This document shows positions 1-10,800 of a stretch of DNA of 64,000 nucleotides, one piece after another (positions within the stretch are counted from its first letter, which is position 1; the number at the start of each line of letters is the position of its first letter). The stretch comes from Yuukianura sp. NJ FZ-2021 (Eukaryota): positions 744,001 through 808,000 of the forward strand of contig CM102286.1 in NCBI GenBank assembly GCA_046563655.1. The letters run 5' to 3'. Made by a program: the position numbers and the translations under genes. A model generated the notes under the pieces. That model was not told the origin of the DNA and did no database searches. It was given only the letters and a program-made list of their open reading frames with translations.

Positions 1-960
1 GTAGAGTACCGTGGCTATGGGTGATGAACGTTCCAGTTTTGCCACCTTCGTAAAGTAAAGTGACACTCGTACTTTCATCAACACCGTCAGTATTTGTGTG
101 TCCACCGGCAAGTATCTTGACCGGTTTTTCACCATTGAACACATACGAGATGAACTGGATACAGTAAATACCAATGTCCAGAGTTGTACCACCGCCAAGA
201 TCCTTCAACCTTAAAAATGGTAGGCAACGTTTAAACAATTTCTGAAAACGTTTTTCAAAAATTCAAAATCTACTCAAAACGTTTTTATTTGAATAGATTT
301 GATGCTTACCTCAGGCGATCGACGTCCTTGATCGGTACTCCGAAAGTTACAAAAGCTTGAACCACATCACCAATAGCTTTTGATTCCAGTTCTTCTCGTA
401 GTCGCTGATAAGACGGGAAGAATCGACTCCATACTGCCTGATAGATACAGTTTAAATTGTTAAAAGGTTAAGTTCTTAAAAGTGAAACATTGTTGAAACG
501 TTAAAGTTTACCTCCATGAGGAACAATTTCTTTTTCTGCGCATAGTCCAGTACTTCCTTCGTTTGTTTGACGTTCATACACAGCGGTTTTTCGCATAGAA
601 CGTGTTTGCCATGATCCAGAGCAAGGAAACATAGTTGACGATGGGTGGGATTAATTGCACCGATGTAAACTACATCTGTAATTGCAATTACAATTAGCAT
701 TAATTACTTAATTACTTTAGTTATATTATGCGTTAATGATGTTATGCTTTGACTTTACCTACTGATGGATCCTTGACCAATTCTTCATAAGATCCATAGG
801 CTTGTGGAATGGAGTGATCCTGTGCAAATTTTTGAGCAGATTCTAAATTTCTGGCAGCAACTGCAACGATTTGATGCTCGTTTGGATCCAGCGATAGAAA
901 CGACGTTACAAAGTCATTTGCAATTTTTCCCGTACTGATGATTCCCCATTTTGTTGCCAT
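1..960 (-). CDS. DHDH: Trans-1,2-dihydrobenzene-1,2-diol dehydrogenase-like (Gfo/Idh/MocA family) oxidoreductase, 3' end outside the window; exons 960-759, 675-512, 437-310, 209-<1
   Basis: ATG at 960. Rossmann start KWGIISTGKIANDF, then AVAARNLESAQKFA, AYGSYEEL, DVVYIG..NPTH, the GKHVLCEKP motif, LFLMEAVWSRFFP and LGGGTTLDIGIY. GT-AG introns keep the frame. Confidence 0.92.
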
Positions 961-1401
961 TTTTAAGTAGTTGGAAATTGAAATTTTCAAAATTTGTAAA
1001 TTTTATTTGTGGAGGTGATGATCGTTTCGTATGAAACCAGTTTTTATAGAGCGTCTGATACTTAAATGTAGTAAACTGAACCTCTTGAATTGTACTTGAT
1101 GATCTCACGTCGCGTGATTATGGCAGAACAAACAAGGGTTTACAAGTGTGAAGTCATTTTGTGCTAAATTGAATTAAACATAGTTTAACTTAATCTTAGT
1201 AAAAGTGGGTATACTGTCGCTGTCACAATTTGTCAGATAAAAGTGGTTACCGTATGATCCACAATTCGAGAAAATTCATTTTTTATAGGCGCCTTTAAAA
1301 AAATTATCTCATGGAAGGCAGATAAATTCTTCTTGCGTGTTCGACGACTGTTTGAGTTAACCAATTAAATTCAAATTCCTACTATAATAATTATAATTAA
1401 C

Positions 1402-1411
1402 TTTATTTATT
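1402..1411 (-). terminator. Overlapping AATAAA polyadenylation signals of the selenoprotein gene
   Basis: Minus strand reads AATAAATAAA just downstream of the SECIS, so the SECIS would fall inside the 3' UTR. Confidence 0.6.
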
Positions 1412-1424
1412 AGGTTGTGTTAAA

Positions 1425-1500
1425 TTCTTGAAGCAGAAATACATCACTGTGAAAGGGTCACTTTGTGCTTTGCCTTTGACAGGTCATGCGCTTCACAGAA
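1425..1500 (-). promoter_or_regulatory. SECIS element (eukaryotic type II) in the 3' UTR
   Basis: Minus-strand RNA: UUCUGUGAAGC-GC-AUGAC-CUGUCAAAGG-C-AAA-G-CAC-AAA-GUG-AC-CCUUUCACAG-UGAU-GUAUUUCU-GCUUCAAGAA. Helix I (UGAAGC/GCUUCA), AUGA...UGA core at 1487-1484 and 1446-1443, a 10-position helix II with one C.C mismatch, unpaired AAA, and a CAC/GUG apical mini-stem. Confidence 0.92.
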
Positions 1501-1557
1501 GTTGACAACTTTTTCCCCCCATAATTTTATAATTTTATGAATTTGTAATTTTATACT

Positions 1558-2622
1558 TTAAGAATTTGCTTTGAGACAGTCCAGCACTTGTGTCATTGTG
1601 GGTCGATCGAATGGATCTTTGGAATTGTACTGGAAAACGACAGTTCCATTTTTATCCAGAATCACATCTCCCGCCAATTGGAATGGATCGTCTCCAGGAT
1701 CTGGACAGCGACAAGTGAGACCAAACTTCTTAATTGCAGTTTTAACTGTGTCCGAACATCGGCTCTATTCAATACAATTTTCAAATTAACTAAAAACTTA
1801 ATATTTTTCCTGTAAAATTTGTTTTGTTTACCTGGAACATGGATTTGAACATTCCGAAATGCGTAAAAGCGTGACGGCCCTGCGACTGATCCAGATAAAA
1901 ATCAAAAATAAATCCCGTGTCTTCTCTCCATTGCAGTGCATCGGATTCTATTCCATACGACACTATGACGACCCTGCATCCAATGGCATCCAACTCGCTC
2001 TTCAAATTTCAAAATTTTAAATTAAAAAAAAACTTTTTTAAAAAAAAAGTTCAAATTTTACCTGTACAGAACAAATTGCTGCCAAATGGATGCGTCAGGG
2101 AGGTCACTTAAAGTAGCGAAGGTGCATGAGCCAAGTAAAGGCAAATCCACTTTTAGAGGCCAAGTCCTTCAGACTAATTTCTGCATTTTGTTCAGGGTGT
2201 TTACGGTACTTGGTTTCGTTCAATGGTTTTACCATAATATTGTCGAGGGAACTATTTGGAGGTTTACGGTAAACTTCACTCCATGCCACTTTCAAGGCGG
2301 CGTCCAATTCCCTCATGAAATTGTTCCATTGTAATTCGGCCAAATCGAATTCAGTTTCTATCTCCCAAAATATTTTTGTATCTTCGTTAGCAATCGAAGC
2401 AACTTTTTCACAAAATTCTTCGGAAGTTGTAACTTCAAATTTTTTGGAAAGTGTTATGTAGCAGGCAAATATTTCGTTAACTGTTGGCACATCTTCGTAT
2501 ATACACTTTTTAACACCTTTGGATTCAATTCCAACTTGAATTTTTCCGATTAACTGTTGAATTGAATTTCGAAATTCAGTTACAGATTGTAGTGCAGATT
2601 GATAAATCGAAGGTATCGCCAT
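1558..2622 (-). CDS. SELENOL: Selenoprotein L-type protein (thioredoxin-like/AhpC-TSA-type fold) with two in-frame Sec codons, motif UPPU; exons 2622-2062, 1999-1832, 1764-1558; 311 aa
   Basis: Reading through TGA 2106-2104 and TGA 2097-2095 gives WLMHLRYFK-U-PP-U-RIHLAAICSVQ, then a GT donor at 2061. Phase-0 introns join SELDAIGCRVVIVSYG...ALQWREDTGF.FDFYLD and DDPFQLAGDVILDKNGTVVFQYNSKDPFDRPTMTQVL, a SelL/AhpC-TSA-type C-terminus ending at TAA 1560-1558. SECIS lies downstream. Confidence 0.9.
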
Positions 2623-2779
2623 TTTGTAATGTGCACTCTTTCTTTATAAAACTATAAATGAAATACTGACCTAACGAAAAGTCTTTTTCAAACCAGTTTG
2701 GTATTGGCCAATAAGAAAAGTTGTTTATTTTGTTTAAATAATTAAGGTTATGTAATAAAGAATTATAATTGTGCAATGC

Positions 2780-3277
2780 TTAGGCATCGTCGAATCCTGC
2801 AGGCGGTGGGCCAGCATTGGGATCCACCGTGTCAGTGCCGTCACAGACTTGAATTGAACTTGCGACAGACGCAAAATTGACCCAAGCCAAATTTGAAGTG
2901 CCGTAGGCATAACGCTGAAGTCGCAGAGCCTTGCCAGCACAATTTTTCTCTGTCCACAGTACGACACAAATGTCGTAAGTGTCGATGGACTTGGCAACTT
3001 TTCTCCACCCTTTTTTAATGTTGACGCAGGCTCCACTGGGTTTCGTCCATTGAACATAATTTTTTCCTAAAGAAATGGCGGCATTCCAATCATTGCGGAG
3101 TTTGAGTGAAAGTAATATTTCGAAAAAAAAAAATTGCGTCCACTTACCTCGAAAATTTGTTTGGGCGTAGAGGCGGACTGAACAAGCCCTCAGCCGAATT
3201 GATGTGACGCCTGGATCCTCTGCTGCTACTAAACATACGCATGCACAGCACAAAATGAACAACAACTTGAGCGCCAT
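2780..3277 (-). CDS. Small secreted Cys-containing protein, beta/gamma-crystallin-like pattern; exons 3277-3148 and 3066-2780 (~138 aa)
   Basis: Signal peptide MALKLLFILCCACVCLVAA. An 81-nt in-frame GTAAGT...TTTAG intron (3147-3067) explains the poly-F stretch in the ORF. The mature part has two crystallin-like half motifs (LYAQTNFRG...VAKSI and LWTEKNCAG...VASSIQV). Fold is assigned by pattern only. Confidence 0.7.
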   Translation of the reverse strand: MALKLLFILCCACVCLVAAEDPGVTSIRLRACSVRLYAQTNFRGKWTQFFFFEILLSLKLRNDWNAAISLGKNYVQWTKPSGACVNIKKGWRKVAKSIDTYDICVVLWTEKNCAGKALRLQRYAYGTSNLAWVNFASVASSIQVCDGTDTVDPNAGPPPAGFDDA

Positions 3278-4869
3278 CTCCTCTGTCTATCCCAACTAAA
3301 TAAATATTAGTTAGTCCTATTATCTTAATAATAATTACTCAATGACTATCTGTGCTAAATATGTGAGCATACTTATCTCTGCTAACGTACTTCGTAGTTT
3401 TCTGCTTCTGAAATTTTATTTTTGAAACTGGGATGATAAAGGCGAACTAGCCAAGTAATTTATACAATTTTTGGACTAATTTAATACAGCGGGTGAGACA
3501 CACATTATTACGAAACGAACCAATCAAAATGCGTCCTTAACAAAAATGTCACAATAAAGCATGGAAGAAAATATGTATTTATTAACTTCATTTCCATTTT
3601 TAATAAGAAATTTCATAAAAAAAAGGTGAAATTACTGAATATCTGATCAACTTTGACTAATCACTAATCAGAATTGATCACATTTGACTAACAAACTTTA
3701 CAACTATAGTAATAAAAATGTTATGTCAAAGGCCGTTGGTCTGATGCTTTTCAAAAATTGCATCATTCTCATTCATAGTAGTTAAGTAATTTACAGTTAA
3801 TTTTTTCGCTGTGCAGTTGGACTGTTACAATCGCGTTGTGAAAACTCAACATTACGGTTTTCAACTTTTTGAAAAACGCCACATAACCACATGGCGGTTA
3901 TATTTTCGGAAAAGTAAAAATCTCCATAAGAGGGATGAGGGACTATGTTATTGATTTTACCAACGTCACAGAAAAAAAAATGGACTATACATAAATCCAA
4001 CTTAAATGCACAACGAGAGTGAAGAGATATTAAAATTTGAAGTCGAATTTTTTTTTGAAAATTGATTGAAGTGCGTGGCTGGAGATAAATTTCAGTTTTC
4101 GTACAAAGGAGGCACATTTTTTTTGTTTGCTGAGCATCCTATTGTCTCATTTCCACAACAATTCGTTACTTAGCAACCGCCATGGTAAGAATGTATCTGT
4201 TGTTGTTTCTTCTGGAAGGGGTGAAATAGTGGAATGTAAAACCGTTGAAATTTTCTTTTCTGATTGTGAAGACTAAGCTCTGAAGACTTTCTTCTGTGAA
4301 GAGCGTTTGCGTTGAAGTGGGCGGGTGGTTTAGTGGTAAGGACTTTTGAAAACAAGCTTTTTTCTTCCCTGTTTGCCTTGAAGCAAAACAAAAAAGAAGC
4401 CAACACAGTTTAGTTTGAGCTCAGTTTTAAACTGGCCACGGCAATGTAAGCTACTACTCAAAATTTCGAACTTTTCCTCCTCTTAACAGTTTAAACATTG
4501 AATTTCAAATTACACTTTTAATAAACGTTTTTGTGTTTCGAAATTTTCAGCTTAGTTTATTCTCAGTTTAGTAAATTTTGAGGAGAATTTTGAACTTCTG
4601 TTCCAAATGTGTATTTTGTTTGTGGTTTTATGTAAATTCAGTTGCTATTTTGGTACATTGCGTAAAAGTGTTTACCTTGAACATAAACAACGTTTCAGCT
4701 TCTGGAGATGAGCGAAGATGAACTTTTGAGTACAGTGTGAGCGTCACTTTCAAAATTAGCACGAGGGTGTGTTGCTAAAGTGAATTTGTTAAGTCAACAC
4801 AAGGCCAATCCCTGCCTGTCGTCAACTAATTAGTGACTCTATTGTTATTGTTGCCAATTCATCTTCACA

Positions 4870-7800
4870 ATGATTCGAGATAGGATTGAGAGCATGAGCA
4901 GCGAGGGTGGGGATGACGAGTCTCAAACTGCCCCGTTGCAAGATGATGAACTAAAAAGCGGGAAAATTGAAGATGGTGGGGGCGGGGAAAATGGAATCGA
5001 CGGTAACTCACCGGCGCATGCGCATAACCGTGAACAAATGGAAATAGACCAAAAACCAAAAAAGTCATCAACCTGTTGTTCTTTCATCAACAAAAATTTA
5101 GTCACGCTAAAAATCCTCCTTTTTGTTTTCTATGGGGGTAAGCAAAATTTCGAAAACAAAAAAAATTATTTTGCGGTTCAAAATTTTCCAAATTTATTTG
5201 CAACCTGCAGAGTTTATGTTTCTAGAGGCGTCTGTTTTGGCTTCTTCTAAACCTTTACGAAAAGGATTTTTTTTTCAATGAAAATTTTGCAATTCCTACA
5301 GAATTTTGGCAGCATTTTGTTTTAGTCGATGATACTTTTCCAATGAGCTGCAGAAGAAAAATTGTGCCAAATTTTGCGAATCTGTCTTGTTAAAAAGCTA
5401 TTTTTATTTTGCAAAGTGGAGCCTCCTTTCGACACAATTTCCTCTTTTGAAGAATTGGCAAGTCCCGAAAATTTGAAAAATGTCTTTGTCTGCCAAAACT
5501 TTTTGTTTTCTTTTTCACACTGGTTGTTTCCTTCACTTTTTTCGAAAATTTATTTTTGTTTACATTCCATTTCAGGTCTTGGCGTTTTGTCAACTTGGTT
5601 GAATCACAGTCTTTTGTCTAAAAGATTTTCAGAAAAGGAGACTGTACTTGCGTACGGTCTCGCCTCGTTGTTCTCAATTCCAATTCCGTTCGTTTTTGGC
5701 ATCATCTCAGACAAATCTGCACAACCAAAAAAGGTAATCCAATGAACAAGCAATTTTCAATCTCTTGTTGCATTTTAGCAATTTTTAAGTGTCAATGACC
5801 CTTGTCAAATTTAAAAGTCAAATTGAAACAAAAGCGTTTTGTTTGTCTTAGAAGTTCGACCAAAGTGAAAGTTAAATTTAAGCGTGTGTGCCATGTTATA
5901 CTTTTTTGAAGTTTTCATTTCAAAATCCTTTTAAGATCTTAATGGATTCATAAAAGTCTATTTAGTGAAAGTTTACTTTGAATTTTGAGCGGGTCGTATC
6001 AAGTTATCGGATCAGTCCTTCACATTTTCTCTCGTTCAAATGCAAACAAAACAGAGGCGTTTACTGTAAACACACGCCCCGCATTCACTCCATTCGAAAC
6101 AAAAATTTCTAGTTTCTAAAACTTTCTTTTGATGAAAAAAAAGTTTTGTGACACAACTAATGTGGTAGAAAATGAAACGATTCTTTTCTCATTTTGGGTT
6201 TCAAATTTTCATAGTTCAGTTTCAAATGAAACAGATCATATTATCATATACGTCAGAAATTTTGTGGAACCAGATTTTGAGTTCAAAAAGTAAAAGCATA
6301 AAATTGATTTTTGTGTGTGAATTTGAACAGGTTTTGTGCGTTAGTCTTGTTCTGGCAGCTTTAATTTATCCGTTGATTCTGACTGTTCCAACGGCAGTAT
6401 CGTACCACTACAAAGAAAAGTTCGACTGGTGTCGGGATACCGGCAGAAACGAAAGTTCGTGTTTACCGTACGTCCTCAACTGTACTTCAACCGATGCAGA
6501 ACTCATCACGAACTATGGAGTTTGTAGCGAAGGATGTGGCGGGAAACTCATTCTTACCAATTGCAAATACGATTGTAGCCACGGAAGCAAGGTAAACCAA
6601 AATTTTCAAGTTTTTCATCAAAATTTAAATCAATGTTACTACATAAATTCTGAAGCTCCTTTTTTGCAAATTGTTGAAACGGAAAATGGTTCATAGCTTT
6701 GGTCGGAATTTATGCTCTAAAAGTGCTTAAGGTTTAGTATGATTCACAGAATGAACATTTTTACTGCTTCGTAATTGTTCGAAACCAAAATTAAGTTTAA
6801 TCGTGTAGCTAAACTTCAGATTAATGTTTGTTGAAGTTTTACGGCTGATGTAAAAAGTTAATTGTTCAAACACAATTTTATGTTTACGATTTCATCTAAA
6901 CTGGTCTAATTCTTTTTATGGCCCCCAGGCATTCAAGGTCGCCGCAGTTACTGGAAAGAATAAACGTCCGAAACAGCCGAAAGTGGTCGACTATGACCGA
7001 AATCCGTCACCCGGAGAACCGAATGCTTTGCCTCAAACGGCTCCGGAATACCCGGATTACGAAGAAGAAGATGTCGATAGCACCAATATTCCAGACCCCC
7101 ATGTTTGCATCAACACCAATTCAAAACGACTTGGGAAAGTGTGCAAAGTTTATGACAAGAAGATGGAGGACATTGTGTTAGAAGTTAGCGGAATCACGGG
7201 ATACACGGAAATTAAGGGAGATGATGAAAAGTGTCACTACCCGGTTCACGGTAAAAAAAAAAAAAATAGTTCGATTTTATTCGGTTTTAATTTAAAAGTT
7301 TTCCAAATTTCGTTCACTCAATCAAGCGAGTGAGCTCGATTTGCAATTTTCAGACACAAAAAATGAATTTTCGTGAAGGAATTTTAGTGTTAACTTTTTT
7401 TTTTGTTAAATTGGATTGTAAAATGTTTGTAGTGTAAAGTGTTTGTGTTCAAAACCACAAATTGATTCTGCGCACATGCTGTGACGATGAGTTCACCAAA
7501 CGACGAACATTGAATTTGAAATTAACTGTTTGAAACTACGGTTGGTTAGCAACCATTTTGCCAAACAAGTTTAAGAGGAAACGAGGGTGTAAAGGTGTAA
7601 TTCCCCTAAATTACGCTTGAAGAATTTCCTGAAGTGTGCATTTCTGCCCAAGTCAAAAGTCAAAGAGGCAGGAAGTTACGTAGTTACTCCCTTTACTCTT
7701 GAAGTTGCATAGTTACTCCCTCCACTCATGAAGTTAATGGCCTTTACACCTTACTCATTTTGTTTCTGTTCATATGTGAAGTAGTACTCAAGTGATGAGG

Positions 7801-10800
7801 TCAATCATTAGTCTGCAGACCACGTTTTTTGCTAAAAACTGTAATTTGCGAAATATGATCAGAATGAAACTAAAATACTGCAAAAATTCAAACTGGCAAA
7901 ACTTTTTGAAAATTCATCCAAAAAGTAATCCATTAGCGTGAAGTAATTTTTGATAAATTTTGGAAAAAGTGAACAAACTCATCCATTTTCTTTACGTGTC
8001 ACGCTTAGATGCCAATATTAGTTTTGCTTTTCATCATTTTATTAACAAAAAGCGTAGCATTTTTTTCTGGTAACTTTTTGTAAATATTTTTTTTTGGAAA
8101 AAGAAGCAGGTCACGCCTCTTTGCGTTCAATGAACTTCACATTGCGTGCAGAGGCGAGACGGATGATGCCTTCTTCGTCTCAAAATAAGCGTCAAGTACA
8201 GGAAACAAACAAAATGCCGGCAGCTACGTTCACTTTTTTTCAACTTTTCTTTTGAAACTATGTTGAAACTAACTCCCGATGCTCATTTTCACATTTTCGG
8301 GTCAACTCAAAACGGGTTTCCTAACTCACTAAAGTCAGACAATCCATCATTGCAAAATTAATTCAATTATGCAGTGTTAGCAAAACACCAAAAATAGACC
8401 AAATTATGGAAACAGCTTCAGTACGTTATAAAAATTTAGAAAGTGGGACAACGACCGCATAAAAACAAACATTACCTAAATTAAATTTCATTTTTTGACC
8501 CGTGTCGTGTTTTGGGTCATTTCAACGTGACCCGAAAATGCCCGGGGGAATTTAAACTTTCAAGTATTTGTATTTCTCTCTTTGTATTCAATTTATGAAA
8601 TGCGGGATCTCCCGCGGTGTCCATTTGAAAAACAAGACAAACTTATTTTCTGGTTTAGAAAAATATGGTTGTGAAAGAGAGAAAGACATAAAAGCGAGAC
8701 TCAACAATGGAGGGAAGATTCGAAAAATTTTATTACGGAAAGGACAAAAGAGTTTTTGAAATTTAGAGCCACGAATGAAATTTCGAAATTAGTCTACCAT
8801 GACCGCCGACGATTCGTAATTTTTTGCTTTCAAAATTTTATGCCAAGAGGTGGTCCACCCTTCGTAATTTTAAACTTTGGAGCCAAAAGTTTATGCCTTT
8901 TTTTCAAAAAGATGCGTGCAAGGACAGAATTTCAAGGACAAAAAGATTTTCTGCTGCCGGTTTTTTTTATGCTCTATTTTGAGTTATGCTGCAAAACTTT
9001 TACACACAAAAACGGCAGATTCTGAGTTGCAAAATTTGAAAAGCTCCGCCAGAGGTCATGACCTAAAACCTTAGCCTAATCTTTGACATTTTCTTTTAAT
9101 TTTTTTTGCACAGGTCTTTTGCATGGAAAAGATGAGCCTGAGCCGCTGATGTCTTGTCCGCAGCTATCCGGAACGAACTGCCACGTCGTGTGTACTCCAC
9201 GCTGGAACTTGGCTGAAGTTGACCAATGGATTTGTCGTGACGACTATCTCAACTGGCTCATCGCATTCTCAGTCTTCGTAGCCGTCCACACCCTAGGCAC
9301 CGTAAGTTACTCAAAACATGACCAATTCCACATGACCTCAAAGTTATGAGGTCATCATCTCTCAAGGTCAACTTGTGACAACACTTAAAGCAAACCGAGA
9401 ATTTACATTTCTAGAGAACAGAAATTGAGAGATGATTAATCTTGACCTAAAAATGTTAAGCAGAAAAACTAACATTTCATGGCCACCTAAGGATTAAAAT
9501 TAAAACAACTCAAGTGTAGATCACTCGTAATGCTAAACGCATGACGCATCTTAAGTAGTAAGTGAAGTTAATGACGTCTTTTTAGTATCACTTCTCATAT
9601 AAAATTATTTTTAAAGTACAACTTCAAAAAACAAAAAATAGATTTTCAAAATTGGGACTGACGATGACGAATTGACCAAAAATTGGACGTCACCACGCCG
9701 TACAAAAAAAAACCTAAAATTAATAAACTACTAAAAAAGTACTCAGATTCGTTCTGTTCGTGTTGCACTGAATTTTCAAAAAATAAAAAAAAGATGAAAG
9801 TAAATTGAAAACATGTTTTTGGAGAAACTACTAATTTGAAATATTTTGGTGTCACTGTACCAAAACATTTGGATGTAGAAGGGTCCCTGGGCCCTTCATT
9901 ATGTCCAAGGTCTTCCCTTCCCTGACCTTCTGAACGTCTGTTTCCGAAATCCGTACCCTTCAATTACTTCAAATTAACTTTAGGATGTGTAACACGCACA
10001 CTCAAAAATTTTCGGAAAGCTATCTGAATTTTTTTGAAAGGAATTTCACACGAAATTTTTGAATGACGGAAACTCAAATCCAAAACATTTTCAGTTTTGT
10101 AGCAGAAAAATTTCAGGTTTTGACACTTTTTTGTTCTAAATTTCAGATGCTGCTAATTTCTGCGGCTGGGTTGCTGAATTCAGCCGTCGTGTGTATGGTT
10201 CATGAACATGAGCACGGGGGGTACTTGGGGTTTCAACTAATTTTTGGTACCCTTGGCTACGCCATCCTCACTCCGCTCTTTGCCTTCTTGTTCCAATTCT
10301 TTGAAGTGGCTGACTGGGATGCCCTACCATGGTAACACTTGACATTTAGCACAGCTTGACTAAGACTAGAAGATGATTAATTGACAATGTTAATTGATTC
10401 CAGGGATCTGGAGTATGTTTTGGGCTTTTCAGTGTGGCTCATCATCTCTGCCTTCCTAACGTGCACTTTGTATTATGATGCTGAATGGGTTCCGAAAGTG
10501 GGGACAGTGCGACCCATGCTGAGCAAATGGTGCTGTCGAGGGCAGAATGTGCTGTTCTTTCAAATGATTGTAGCCTTAGGATGCTTCCAAGGAATGCTGG
10601 ATGTGCTGGCGTACTATCAAATCAAAGCCACTGGAGGGGATTTGCTTATCATTGGTCTCGGCGCAGCCGCAGCCGTCATTCCAGCCATCATTTTCATCTT
10701 CCGGGTAGAACGTGTAATTGAGTACTGCGGTTACCACAACGTTTTCTGCATTGCCCTTGTGGTCATTGCCCTTCAGTTTACGGGTAAATGCAAAATTTTT

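Noticed and set aside
2104..2622. Stand-alone 172-aa protein, or a pseudogene with two nonsense codons
   Set aside because: The TGAs form a UxxU motif at the redox position, downstream exons are intact and in phase, and a canonical SECIS is present.
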